Shown piece by piece: positions 9,172-18,455 of a stretch of DNA of 64,000 nt. A model generated the notes under the pieces. That model was not told the origin of the DNA and ran no database searches. It was given only the letters and a program-made list of their open reading frames with translations. A program made the translations under genes and the position numbers. The number at the start of each line of letters is the position of its first letter. The first letter of the stretch is position 1. The stretch is from Candidatus Omnitrophota bacterium (GTDB lineage: Bacteria > Omnitrophota > Gorgyraeia > Tantalellales > Tantalellaceae): positions 20,949-84,948 of the forward strand of contig JBARQV010000031.1 in the NCBI GenBank assembly GCA_049643885.1. The letters are read 5' to 3'.

Positions 9172-10521
9172 TCAGTTCATTTTACTTGAGGCATCCTGCG
9201 CCGCTAATACGATAGCGTACTTTGTAGGTGCCGCCGTCAGATAAGGATGTGTTGCCATTTGCAGCGTCTCCAGCTCTGCAAACGAAACCCTCTGTTGGAT
9301 AGCCATACTTATGATGTTGATGATCTCGCCGGCAGACATTCCGCCTGAAACCTGCCCTCCCATAAGGATCCCCGCCTGTTTGGAAAAGATCAATTTCACT
9401 TTCAGTTTATTCGTTCCGGGTAAAGCTGCGGGATGTTTGTCCATACCTTCCGCATTTCCCACAACAATTTCAAATCCTTCCTTCTTTGCGCTGCTTTCCG
9501 TCAAGCCGGCTGAGCCCAGCACCAGGCCATCAACGTATGTGGAATATGCAGCGATCGTGCCTTTATTCTCCCGGATAAGTTTCAAGGTATATAGGTTTGC
9601 TCCGGCGATCCTTGCTTCAGCTGTTGCGGTCGAAGCAAGCCTGACCGGGGTATCCTTATGGGTATAAAAATCCCTCTTGCCCGCACAATCGCCCACTGCG
9701 AAAATGTCCTGGTCGATCGTTCTCATATATTCGTCTACCCATATACCATCACCTTTACCCAGATCCAGGCCCGCGTTCTGCGCTAATTCTGTATTTGGAA
9801 GCGAACCTATTCCCAAAATAACACTGTCTATCTCCAATTCTTTGCCGTTTTCAAAGCGTACTTTTTTTACCCTTTCATCACCCAAAAACTCTGTGACCCG
9901 ATGGTTAGTCAATACATTGACGCCGCATGCCTTCAGTCTTTGCTCCACTTGTTGCGAAAACTCCTCATCGAATGAATTAGCCAAAAGATGAGGAAGAATT
10001 TCAACCAAGTATACGTTAAGGGTTTCTATTTTCGAAACCTCATCAGCAAACTCAACACCGATAAAGCCGCCGCCGACTATCAGAACATTCCTTCCTTTTT
10101 TGATCTCTTCTATAGCTTCCTTAAGATAATCCATATCCTTTCGTATGGGATAGATCCCTTTTTTTTCAATGCCCGGGGTCCTCGGAATTATGGGCCTGGA
10201 CCCTGTAGCTATTATGAGCTTTTCGTAAGAATAACTTTCTTCGGTCAGAGTTTTTACGATTTTTTCTTTTCGGGCTATTGATGTAACTTCTCCAACAACC
10301 ACTTCAACGCCTTTTTCCTCAAGCGGTGTTGTCCCGAGTTTATTCTCATCGGGATTTTTAAGGCTTGAAAACATATAAGGGATCCCGCAGGGGATAACCC
10401 CCTCCTTCACATTTTTCAGCATCAGTATTTTCTTATCCGGATAGTATTTATGTGCCGTAACAGCACTTATCATACCGGCCGGGCCGGCTCCAATGATCAA
10501 AATATCGGTTTTTTTAGTCAC
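9172..10521 (-). CDS. FAD-dependent pyridine nucleotide-disulfide oxidoreductase (NADH oxidase/CoA-disulfide reductase family)
   Basis: ILIIGAGPAG and LIVGGGFIGVEFA Rossmann motifs; PCGIPY redox-Cys motif. Confidence 0.8.
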   Translation of the reverse strand: MTKKTDILIIGAGPAGMISAVTAHKYYPDKKILMLKNVKEGVIPCGIPYMFSSLKNPDENKLGTTPLEEKGVEVVVGEVTSIARKEKIVKTLTEESYSYEKLIIATGSRPIIPRTPGIEKKGIYPIRKDMDYLKEAIEEIKKGRNVLIVGGGFIGVEFADEVSKIETLNVYLVEILPHLLANSFDEEFSQQVEQRLKACGVNVLTNHRVTEFLGDERVKKVRFENGKELEIDSVILGIGSLPNTELAQNAGLDLGKGDGIWVDEYMRTIDQDIFAVGDCAGKRDFYTHKDTPVRLASTATAEARIAGANLYTLKLIRENKGTIAAYSTYVDGLVLGSAGLTESSAKKEGFEIVVGNAEGMDKHPAALPGTNKLKVKLIFSKQAGILMGGQVSGGMSAGEIINIISMAIQQRVSFAELETLQMATHPYLTAAPTKYAIVLAAQDASSKMN

Positions 10522-11404
10522 AGCTTTCAGCTCCTTTTACAGTTATATTTTTAAGTGTCTTTTTTATGTCTTCAAACAGCGCCTGAAACAATTTTCTATA
10601 TTCCGGAAAAGCCTCAACGATTGAAATGCCTTTAGAATAAGCAGCGGCTATTTCTCTGCTAAAAGGTATCCTGATCAGAACAGGTATTTTTTTCCTTTCA
10701 CAGTATTCGTCTGTTTTATTATTGCCTAGATCCGAGCGGTTGACGACCACTCCAAAAGGTATTTTCATTTTTCTTAAGACCTCAACGGCCAGGGTCAGGT
10801 CATAAAGCCCGAAGGGGGTAGGTTCTGTGACCAGAATGCAATAGTCCGTGCCCTGCAATGAAGCGATCACGGGACATGACGTCCCCGGCGGTGCATCGAT
10901 AATGACGGTCTTTTCCCTGTCAATACGCTTTTTAACCGCCCTTATGACCGGCGGGGAGATGGCTTCACCTATGTTTAATTTACCGTGTATAAACTCAATA
11001 TTACTCTTATTTCCTTTTTCTACAATACCTATCTTGCGGCTAGTTTCCTGTATTGCGTCTTTGGGGCAAAAATACGTGCAGGAGCCGCAGCCGTGGCAAA
11101 GTTCGGGAAATACCAGAACCTTCCCGGGATCGGATCTGTCTTTGGGAAAGATAACGGCTATGGCGTTATAAGCGCAAACTTTTTGGCACCTTCCGCAAAA
11201 GTCGCATTTTGTTTCATCCACCTCGGGCACCGGTAAATATACGTCTTCAGCGGTGGTAATATCAGGTTTTATGAAAATATGCGCATTGGGCTCTTCGACA
11301 TCGCAATCCAGCAGCTGCAAAGGGCCGTTAAGGGACATGGCTAGACTTGTAGCTATGATCGTCTTGCCCGTTCCGCCTTTTCCGCTTGCTACAGAGATGA
11401 TCAT
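10514..11404 (-). CDS. second MinD/ParA-type ATPase with 2x[4Fe-4S] insert
   Basis: GKGGTGKT; CDFCGRCQKVC and CHGCGSCTYFCP. Confidence 0.8.
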   Translation of the reverse strand: MIISVASGKGGTGKTIIATSLAMSLNGPLQLLDCDVEEPNAHIFIKPDITTAEDVYLPVPEVDETKCDFCGRCQKVCAYNAIAVIFPKDRSDPGKVLVFPELCHGCGSCTYFCPKDAIQETSRKIGIVEKGNKSNIEFIHGKLNIGEAISPPVIRAVKKRIDREKTVIIDAPPGTSCPVIASLQGTDYCILVTEPTPFGLYDLTLAVEVLRKMKIPFGVVVNRSDLGNNKTDEYCERKKIPVLIRIPFSREIAAAYSKGISIVEAFPEYRKLFQALFEDIKKTLKNITVKGAESCD

Positions 11405-11411
11405 TATATTG

Positions 11412-11774
11412 TTATACGCCGAACTTTTTATCTACGCTTGGACTCTCGGTAGCTTTTAGTTCGCCTTTTTTGTATTTTTCCAGCGCCTCTTTTACGGTGC
11501 CTGAAACCCCGGTGAATATTTTAATACCGGCAGCTTGCAGTGTTTGAAACGCGTTCGGGCCGACATTTCCGGTCAGGACCGCTTCTACCTTTTTTTCCGA
11601 CATAAGCTGGCCGGACGCTATTCCGGCTCCTCCCATCGCGCTGATGCTTGGGTTCAGGATGGTTTCGAATTCGAGCGTATCGGTGTCGGCAATAATGTAG
11701 TACTCGCACCGTCCGAAACGCCTGTCGACCTGGGAGTCAAGGCTATCTCCCTGTGAAGTAATACAGATCTTCAT
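11412..11774 (-). CDS. NifX/NifB-C (dinitrogenase FeMo-cofactor biosynthesis domain) family protein
   Basis: [10 protein letters not shown]...[10 protein letters not shown]...[11 protein letters not shown] fold signature; start at the internal M (ATGA overlap with the upstream gene). Confidence 0.65.
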   Translation of the reverse strand: MKICITSQGDSLDSQVDRRFGRCEYYIIADTDTLEFETILNPSISAMGGAGIASGQLMSEKKVEAVLTGNVGPNAFQTLQAAGIKIFTGVSGTVKEALEKYKKGELKATESPSVDKKFGV

Positions 11775-12160
11775 GCTTCTTCCTCCCCGTGTTCGCATTC
11801 CGTTTTATCCAGACCGTAACCTTTGCCGGCTCCGGGCTTGCATAGACTTTCTCCGCCTTTGAGTGTTCCTTTCTGTATCTTTTCGATGATTTCTTCTATT
11901 GTACCGCTTATTCCCATTATTGTTTTGATGTTTTTCTCGGCAAACAGCATTTGGGCCCTTTGACCCATACCGCCGGCCACGATATAATCAACTCCGCTCT
12001 TGCTCAGGAATTCGGGTAAAAACCCCGGGTGATGGCCGGGGTTATCGATGACCTCTTTTTTGATCATCGTGCCGTCTTCGAAGTCAACGATGGTAAAAGA
12101 AGGACATCTTCCGAAATGGGGAGATACAGACCCTCCATCCGTGGAAATCGCTATACGCAT
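11771..12160 (-). CDS. NifX/NifB-C family protein (paralog)
   Basis: [10 protein letters not shown]...[12 protein letters not shown]...[11 protein letters not shown]. Confidence 0.65.
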   Translation of the reverse strand: MRIAISTDGGSVSPHFGRCPSFTIVDFEDGTMIKKEVIDNPGHHPGFLPEFLSKSGVDYIVAGGMGQRAQMLFAEKNIKTIMGISGTIEEIIEKIQKGTLKGGESLCKPGAGKGYGLDKTECEHGEEEA

Positions 12161-12178
12161 TTTCCCTCCATATGTTGG

Positions 12179-12565
12179 TTATTTATTCTCCTGCTTCCGG
12201 GCTTCTTCCAGGGTTTTTATGCGTTCCTGGATGTCGTTAAGCTCTTCCTTGAGAGCTTCGGCCTGTTCTTTAAGCATGCTGCTTTCTTCTTCAGCTGTCG
12301 GTTCAGGCGCGTAAGGATACGCAGGGGCACCATAAGCCGGATAACCGTATCCGGCTCTCATCCAGCCCGGCAAGCCGGTCGCGTAGTACCAGTTACGCCA
12401 TCCGCGACCGCCGCCGCGGCCGAAACCGTCGCCTCTTCCCCTGGAGAACCCTCTTCCGGGAACGGGGTTCATGTAGCCAGGCACGGAGTAACCTGCACAA
12501 TATCCTGCAGCGCGACCGCTTCTTGGGCCCATACCGGCAGGACCTGTTCCATCTCCTCTAGGCAT
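12179..12565 (-). CDS. DUF5320 family protein (Gly/Arg-rich N-term, C-terminal coiled coil)
   Basis: MPRGDGTGPAGMGPRSGRAAGYCAGYSVPGY...coiled-coil LKEQAEALKEELNDIQERIKTLEE; SD AGGAGGTG; TGAtATG coupling to fur. Confidence 0.65.
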   Translation of the reverse strand: MPRGDGTGPAGMGPRSGRAAGYCAGYSVPGYMNPVPGRGFSRGRGDGFGRGGGRGWRNWYYATGLPGWMRAGYGYPAYGAPAYPYAPEPTAEEESSMLKEQAEALKEELNDIQERIKTLEEARKQENK

Positions 12566-12566
12566 A

Positions 12567-13040
12567 TCACACCTCCTTTTTTCTGCATTTTTCACATAAA
12601 CCGTGAAATTGGATTATATGGTCTTTTATTTCAAAATTATACTTTTTTGAAAGACCCTTTTCGACCTGTCTTAAAAATTCTTTTTCCGCTTCCATGAAAT
12701 CTGAATAGTTTATAACCCTCTTACATCTTGTGCAGATCAAATGGTGGTGGTGCTTCCTTTCAGGGCCGACGGTCAGTTCGTAACGAGCCCTACCGTCGCC
12801 GAAGTCAAATTTGTAGATCACACCCATTTGGACCAATAGTTCCAATGTGCGGTAAACTGTTGTAAGGCCGACATTTGGGTAAATTTTATGAACCCTTAAA
12901 TATACTTCTTCGGCGCTTAGGTGCTTTTCGGCTTTGCTCAACACCTCTAATATGGCTTTGCGCGGCATAGTCAGGCGGTATCCATGCCCTCTGAACCTGC
13001 CATGCATCCACGGTCTTCCTGTCCCGCACATTCCACGCAT
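12567..13040 (-). CDS. fur: Fur family transcriptional regulator
   Basis: RKAILEVL...SAEEVY...HHHHLICTRCKRV...HGLCEKC; strong SD AAGGGGGG before the ATG at 13040; His/Gly-rich N-terminal extension. Confidence 0.85.
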   Translation of the reverse strand: MRGMCGTGRPWMHGRFRGHGYRLTMPRKAILEVLSKAEKHLSAEEVYLRVHKIYPNVGLTTVYRTLELLVQMGVIYKFDFGDGRARYELTVGPERKHHHHLICTRCKRVINYSDFMEAEKEFLRQVEKGLSKKYNFEIKDHIIQFHGLCEKCRKKEV

Positions 13041-13069
13041 TGTTTCCCCCCTTGCTTATTGAAAATGAT

Positions 13070-13095
13070 TTCCATTATCAATTATATAGCAAAAT
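13070..13095 (-). promoter_or_regulatory. candidate Fur box
   Basis: gaaaatgatttccattatcaatta contains TGATTTCCATTATCA, a partial match to the GATAATGATAATCATTATC consensus, about 30 nt upstream of the fur ATG. Confidence 0.35.
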
Positions 13096-13188
13096 CATGG
13101 GCATGTCAAGGCGATTTTATATGATTTATTGTTTCAACTTCGGGAGTTGGTGATCCCCGAAGCTGAATGGCTGGCGGATAATGAAATT

Positions 13189-13395
13189 TTACCCTTCTTC
13201 GTCGTTGTCGAAGTAATCTTCGTTGTCGATCGAATAACCGTTTTGAAGGATCGTGAATCTAGGCGGGTGCATGCTCTTTATTTCCAGTTCAGTGTCGCAG
13301 AAACGGCACGTCATCTGGTCCCCTACTTCATAAAGAGAATTAAGTTCTATGTATTCCCCGCATTTGGGGCATTTAGCGTTATACCATTTTGCCAT
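13189..13395 (-). CDS. LysW-like zinc-ribbon amino-group carrier protein homolog
   Basis: CPKCGEYIELNSLYEVGDQMTCRFCDTELEIKSMHPPRF aligns with the LysW CPECGAEL..LENPELGELV.C..CGAELEV...PLRL pattern; acidic C-terminal tail DNEDYFDNDEEG. Confidence 0.45.
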   Translation of the reverse strand: MAKWYNAKCPKCGEYIELNSLYEVGDQMTCRFCDTELEIKSMHPPRFTILQNGYSIDNEDYFDNDEEG

Positions 13396-13431
13396 GTTTT
13401 GCCTCTTGCAAGTGTAAGTTTTCAGGTGATA

Positions 13432-13770
13432 TTAATATTCCTCGGAATAAACATAGATATAGATGATGTTTTTCTTGCCATCCTTTTCAATATAATCTAT
13501 TTCTATGTCATTTCCTTTTTTGATCTCGTTAATAGAGTCGATGTTGTCGAATTCCGCGTCCGGTGATAGATGATAGATCACGGTTTCTGTCGTCTCTTCG
13601 TCCTTTTCGACGTCGTAGTTCACCTCTTCGATCGTTATCGCATTCCCCGAGATGTCCACGACTGTCCCGGAAGCATATTCTATAGGTTCGTCTTCTTGGG
13701 CAATCGCCGTTAACGGCACGAAAACAGCGACAAGTAAGGCTAATGACAGGTAAAGAATAGTTTTTTTCAT
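13432..13770 (-). CDS. secreted acidic protein, hypothetical
   Basis: Signal peptide MKKTILYLSLALLVAVFVPLTAIA; D/E-rich mature region. Confidence 0.45.
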   Translation of the reverse strand: MKKTILYLSLALLVAVFVPLTAIAQEDEPIEYASGTVVDISGNAITIEEVNYDVEKDEETTETVIYHLSPDAEFDNIDSINEIKKGNDIEIDYIEKDGKKNIIYIYVYSEEY

Positions 13771-14102
13771 GGTTTTTTTCTCCTTTTTTGTAATTTATTC
13801 GCGTCTTTTTTGAATATTTCGACATCGGCGAGGCCTTTGGTTATGGCCGCCAGAAACTCTTTGTGGGCCTTATTGGGCGGTTTGGAAAGAAAATAATAGA
13901 CCCTGTTCCCCGCTCTTCTGTCCCCCACGATCTCGGTCAGCCTCAGGCGGGCAAGGTGCTTGGACACGCCGGACTGTTCTTTTCCCAGGACCTGGCAGAT
14001 CTCGTTAACGGACAATTCTTTTATTTTAAGCAGGTTGATTATCCTGAGGCGGGTATCGTCAGCAAGGGATTTAAGTATTATGCGTGCTTTTTTAACCTTC
14101 AT
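13767..14102 (-). CDS. ArsR/SmtB family transcriptional regulator
   Basis: LADDTRLRIINLL...ELSVNEICQVLGKEQSGVSKHLARLR HTH. Confidence 0.8.
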   Translation of the reverse strand: MKVKKARIILKSLADDTRLRIINLLKIKELSVNEICQVLGKEQSGVSKHLARLRLTEIVGDRRAGNRVYYFLSKPPNKAHKEFLAAITKGLADVEIFKKDANKLQKRRKKP

Positions 14103-14178
14103 ATCAATATGACCATATACTCATATACTATTTTAACGAAATATAGCATGTGAAGCGGTAAAAGTCAATATGATTTGT

Positions 14179-15489
14179 TTAATATTTGATGGTCTTGCGG
14201 TCGATCCCCAGTATCGCCCTCATGTTTATCATGCTGTAAAAAAGGTCTTTGTTGCTTATCGTTTCGACAGGCCGGACCTCTTTTACAAGGGCATGCATGT
14301 AAAAGACGACGAGGAACCGCAAAACTGCGGATATGAGGAAAAGGGTCAGTATCTGGAAGCCGAATAGCCCCGGGAGGAACTTGACAACAAGGCCTCCTAA
14401 CAAGGCCCCTGCCGACAGAAAAAGGCCGTTAAGGACATTGAAATAAGCTATACAGCGTGGCCGTTTTTCAGGGGTCACCGCGTCGTAAATAAAATTTGAA
14501 GTACAAAGATTGTAACCCGACCAGAGAAAACCCGAAAACATCTGGACAATGAACAAGAAGACTATATTCCGGTTTATCACCCATAACAAGGGAATCAGCC
14601 CAATGAACAATGTAGTGAACTTTATGATCTTAAGGTTCCCTATCTTGTCCGCGTGTTCTCCCCACCTGCTGATGGAAGTGTACCGGGTCAATGCAGAAGA
14701 GACCAGCATGGCACTGTATAAAAAATAACTGAGATGGAGGTCTTTCAACATAAGGACGGCGAAAAAAGGAGAAGCGATGTTCACCGAGAAGCTGAAGAGC
14801 GACACGAAGAGGACGAATCTGGTGAAATTACTTTTCTTCATATGCCCGAGGAATTCTAACAACGTGAACTGGGTGCCTTCATAGCGCAAGGGCGGTTCGT
14901 GGATTTTTCTTATGAATATCCAGCCTAACATCCTGAAGATAAAAGCGAGGCCGAACAAAATGGCGAACCCGTAAAACGCGTCTATCTTTTTCATTTGAGT
15001 CAGGAAAAACCCGGCGGTAAAGGTAGATCCCATCGTGACAAAACCGTAGATCCTGCTTCTTTTCCCGAAAAAAGTCCCCCTTATCCTGGTCTCGACCAGA
15101 TCGGATATCCAGCTACCCATGGCCGGGGTGACTACGGCGCTGCAGACGGCGTATATGGCTATCAAAGCTATAAAGAGGGATGGTTCAAGGCGTCTGAACA
15201 GAGCCGCTAGCGCTATGGCCAGCATGATCAGGCCTTCCAGAAAAACGGAGATATTCACGACCGTTTTTCTGGATTTCAGCCACGCGATGAGATCGGCGCT
15301 TTTCAGCTGGGTAAAAGCGCCCAGGAAGCTGGGGATAGCGTTAAGAAAACCTACCTGTTTTACCGTGCCGCCCAGCAGCAATATGAACGGGGTAAGGTAT
15401 TCCTGAAAAAAACCGAGCATGGCGTGAGAGAACACGCCGTTGTACAGCGAATAAGTAAGGCTTTTCTCTGTTCTTTTATCCTGGTCCAT
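14179..15489 (-). CDS. MFS transporter
   Basis: 436 aa, about 12 TM segments, GxxxDRxGRR-like loop RIRGTFFGKRSR. Confidence 0.8.
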   Translation of the reverse strand: MDQDKRTEKSLTYSLYNGVFSHAMLGFFQEYLTPFILLLGGTVKQVGFLNAIPSFLGAFTQLKSADLIAWLKSRKTVVNISVFLEGLIMLAIALAALFRRLEPSLFIALIAIYAVCSAVVTPAMGSWISDLVETRIRGTFFGKRSRIYGFVTMGSTFTAGFFLTQMKKIDAFYGFAILFGLAFIFRMLGWIFIRKIHEPPLRYEGTQFTLLEFLGHMKKSNFTRFVLFVSLFSFSVNIASPFFAVLMLKDLHLSYFLYSAMLVSSALTRYTSISRWGEHADKIGNLKIIKFTTLFIGLIPLLWVINRNIVFLFIVQMFSGFLWSGYNLCTSNFIYDAVTPEKRPRCIAYFNVLNGLFLSAGALLGGLVVKFLPGLFGFQILTLFLISAVLRFLVVFYMHALVKEVRPVETISNKDLFYSMINMRAILGIDRKTIKY

Positions 15490-15494
15490 CGATA

Positions 15495-16787
15495 TCAGAT
15501 TTCCCGGAGGTATCCCCAGGTGTGGAGGCGGTCGCAGTCTTCGAACCAGCGGTCGCCTATGTCAGTCCTATAGTACATGTTTGGGATCATTATATTCTTT
15601 ATCCTGCCATAGGCCTGGTTCTGGGCCTGTTTCATGGTAGGGCCCGTTCCCACGACCACGAGGACAACGCCGGAGGTGCCGGCGACGAGCCATTGGTTAT
15701 CTATTATTTTCACGTCTTCTATGTGTATGCCGTCGTAATTGGATTTTTTGAAGAGTACGGCCGAGTTATTGGAATAAGTATCGAAAGTCTTCTGGTCATC
15801 GAAGGGATACGGCGGAACGACGATCCTGACGCCTACCTGGAACCCTTTTTTGGCCTTAAACTCCGTGAGGCTCCCCTCGGACATCCCGTAGAGGAACTCT
15901 CCCATGGGCATCATTATCCCCTCCTGCTGGATGAATATCGTGGGGTAACCGAAACGGGCCGTAAATTCCAGCGGATATATGCCGGTCGCGTTGACCATAC
16001 AATTGATATCGATGTAACCGACATATTTTTCTTCTTTAAGTTTCGGTTCGAGTTTCTTGAGGGTGGCGTTGAAAATCTTATTGACGCCGCTCCAGTACAT
16101 GGAAGTGCCCATCTCCCCCGTCGAAGGGCCTATCTGCTTGGGAAAAAGCTTTTTGTGCTCAAAGTTGATATTTATGGGATAAATAAACTGGCTCCCATTG
16201 AAGAAAGCGCCTACGGCTATCTCTACTCCGGTGACCCGCTTCTGGAGCTGGAATACTTTGATTTCTTCGTGGACGACTTTTTTATAAGCGTCGAGGACAC
16301 GGACAACGTCATGGCCGTCTTCCTCTTCCCCTACGAAGAGCATGCGTTTTATGTTCTGAGCTTCCCCGCTTGGCTTTATAACATATTTATTGGGATTACT
16401 TTTGACATATTGAATGGCGTCATCGAAAGATGTGAACTCCTGGTAAGGGAGGATGCTTATCCCTGCTTTTTTAAGCTCTTCCTGTCCGAATGAACGGTCG
16501 TCTTCCAGGCGATCCGTGTATTCCGTTCCTCCTATGACGAGTTTTCCTTGCCGGCGCAGTTCCTGGGCGATCTTGCCCTGTCCGAGGACGTCGTCGAAGA
16601 CGATACAATCGGCCCAATCGATATCTTTTTTCCAGTTTTCGGACTTGGGAACAAAACCGTCGGCGATATCCTGGTTTTCCTCGTTTTGGATATAATATCT
16701 CGCCTCGTGACCTTCTTTAATGACCTGCCAGGCGGTGTCGCTGATCAGGCCGTCAAGCGATATGAAGAGAATCTTTTTTCTGTCCAT
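15495..16787 (-). CDS. divergent ATP-grasp protein, phosphoribosylamine--glycine ligase (PurD)-like
   Basis: C-terminal VVLVVVGTGPTMKQAQNQAYGRIKNIMIPNMYYRTDIG resembles the PurD C-domain; EFTARFGYPT resembles EFNCRFGDPE; the ATP-grasp Gly-rich loop is not conserved. Confidence 0.5.
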   Translation of the reverse strand: MDRKKILFISLDGLISDTAWQVIKEGHEARYYIQNEENQDIADGFVPKSENWKKDIDWADCIVFDDVLGQGKIAQELRRQGKLVIGGTEYTDRLEDDRSFGQEELKKAGISILPYQEFTSFDDAIQYVKSNPNKYVIKPSGEAQNIKRMLFVGEEEDGHDVVRVLDAYKKVVHEEIKVFQLQKRVTGVEIAVGAFFNGSQFIYPININFEHKKLFPKQIGPSTGEMGTSMYWSGVNKIFNATLKKLEPKLKEEKYVGYIDINCMVNATGIYPLEFTARFGYPTIFIQQEGIMMPMGEFLYGMSEGSLTEFKAKKGFQVGVRIVVPPYPFDDQKTFDTYSNNSAVLFKKSNYDGIHIEDVKIIDNQWLVAGTSGVVLVVVGTGPTMKQAQNQAYGRIKNIMIPNMYYRTDIGDRWFEDCDRLHTWGYLREI

Positions 16788-16853
16788 GTTTTTCTCCTGT
16801 GGGTTTTTTCAATACACAATTATACTATCGCGTGAAGTTTTTGTCGCCGGCTA

Positions 16854-18440
16854 TTATAAGGTTACTGCCATCTTCTCGAAAAGCACCTTTTTGTCAAAAA
16901 AAGCCTTATGCGCGATCACATACGCCGCCGCGCTTACTCCAAGGTAAGCCGCACCGCCGCTAGTGCTTTCTTTTATGGTGATCTCGCCGGAGCGGAAAAA
17001 TTTTTCCCCGGTGTTCGGGTCGACAAGAGCGCCTATCGCAGAGAGCGTTTCCACGGCATCCGGCCCCACGGATGTGACTTTTATCCTGTCGCCCTGTTTG
17101 ACACCAAGAGATCTTATCCCGATGTCGCTAAAGGCGTCCTCTTTTCTTTTTCCGGAATGGACAAAGACCATGGATCTGGCCGACCTGACGAGTTTCGCTA
17201 TTATGACCGAAGCATAAAAATCGAGCCCGTCGGGCGCCGTAAGTTCTAGCTCTACTTTTGCCCTTTTCGCTGTGTGGTATTCGAAAAAGTTTTTCTCCTC
17301 TCTTTTCTGGAGGTTGGCTTTCATGACGCCGTTAAGGAATCTAGAGGCCCGTTCTTTTTCTCCGAGCCCTGCCAGAACGCCGGCGTATGGACCAGTATAC
17401 CATGACCATAGGCCGCCGTTATGGAAATGACCGACATATTCCTTGAAGCGGAACTGGTGCAGCCGGAGAGACTTGAAAGTCTCTTCCGGGAAAAAGGGAT
17501 AATGGGCCGGTACTAGCGGGTATTTATTTACTGATATCTCGTCGATGAAATTCAGGATGTCCCGGGCCTGCTCGCCAGTGGGGATACCCGCAAGTAGAGC
17601 AAGTATGTTCCCGAAAGCGTCAAATATACCGCAAGGATGCCCAAAATCCGAAGAGCTCAGGTCGGGAGAATAATAAAAATGGATAAAATAACCCACTTTT
17701 TCAAAATCAAATTTCCCCGACACCCTGCGGTAGATATCTTCTTTTGTCCGGTCAAGATTTTTGATCCAGAATTTTTCCCTGATGATATTTTTGACTTTGG
17801 CGGCTTTTTCCCTGTATTTGCCGGGGCCGGGTTCTCCAGCTTTTTCAAGAATGTCGGCGAACTCGTTAAGGGCCATATGCCATAGTACTTCATCATACAG
17901 GACGAATCCCTGCTGGAGGTATTCATCGGCCCAGTTGCCCGCCCGGGGGATGTACAAGAGGCCCAGATCTTTGTTTTCCCAGTTGTTTTCAAGGTATTCG
18001 ATGGCTTTTTTGACCGGTTTGAGATATTTTTCGATTATGTCCCTTTCCGGATAGCGTTTGCCGAATCTGCCGCACCCGATTATAAAAAGGGTTGTCGGAT
18101 CTACCCTCGGATTGATTATGCCATAGCTTACCCTGCCCTCAGGCGAGACGTTGCTGGGTATGGCGCCGTCTTCTCTCTGGTTCGCCGAGAGGGTCGCGAA
18201 ACTGTCCTCGCAGGCCCTGAGAAGGTCTTCTTCTTCGGAGAGGATACTGGCCATGCATATCCAAAAAGCATCCCGGGCGAAAAGACGTTTATAATTGTCC
18301 TTTTGCGCGGAAGAGGCAAAGAACCCGATCGAATTGTTTTCGGGGCCGGCGATAAGGCTTTTCAATAGCGCGATGGACTCGCGGTAAGCCTCTTGATGCC
18401 GGGTGGTTGAGATCTCGCTGATCTTGCTTTCGCTACTCAA
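16854..18440 (-). CDS. six-hairpin glycoside hydrolase-like protein (GH100/GDE_C-like) with C-terminal extension
   Basis: DGAIPS...RAGNWADEYLQQGFVLYDEVLWHMAL...FHNGGLWSWYTGPYA motifs typical of (alpha/alpha)6 glycosidases. Confidence 0.45.
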   Translation of the reverse strand: MSSESKISEISTTRHQEAYRESIALLKSLIAGPENNSIGFFASSAQKDNYKRLFARDAFWICMASILSEEEDLLRACEDSFATLSANQREDGAIPSNVSPEGRVSYGIINPRVDPTTLFIIGCGRFGKRYPERDIIEKYLKPVKKAIEYLENNWENKDLGLLYIPRAGNWADEYLQQGFVLYDEVLWHMALNEFADILEKAGEPGPGKYREKAAKVKNIIREKFWIKNLDRTKEDIYRRVSGKFDFEKVGYFIHFYYSPDLSSSDFGHPCGIFDAFGNILALLAGIPTGEQARDILNFIDEISVNKYPLVPAHYPFFPEETFKSLRLHQFRFKEYVGHFHNGGLWSWYTGPYAGVLAGLGEKERASRFLNGVMKANLQKREEKNFFEYHTAKRAKVELELTAPDGLDFYASVIIAKLVRSARSMVFVHSGKRKEDAFSDIGIRSLGVKQGDRIKVTSVGPDAVETLSAIGALVDPNTGEKFFRSGEITIKESTSGGAAYLGVSAAAYVIAHKAFFDKKVLFEKMAVTL

Positions 18441-18455
18441 TTTATCTGCTTCCTA

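Noticed and set aside
12567-12968. Shorter Fur start at MPRKAILEV
   Set aside because: The ATG at 13040 has a much stronger SD (AAGGGGGG), so the longer form with the His/Gly-rich extension was retained.
15522-16493. 323 aa plus-strand ORF
   Set aside because: Antisense shadow of the PurD-like gene; odd composition and no homology signal.
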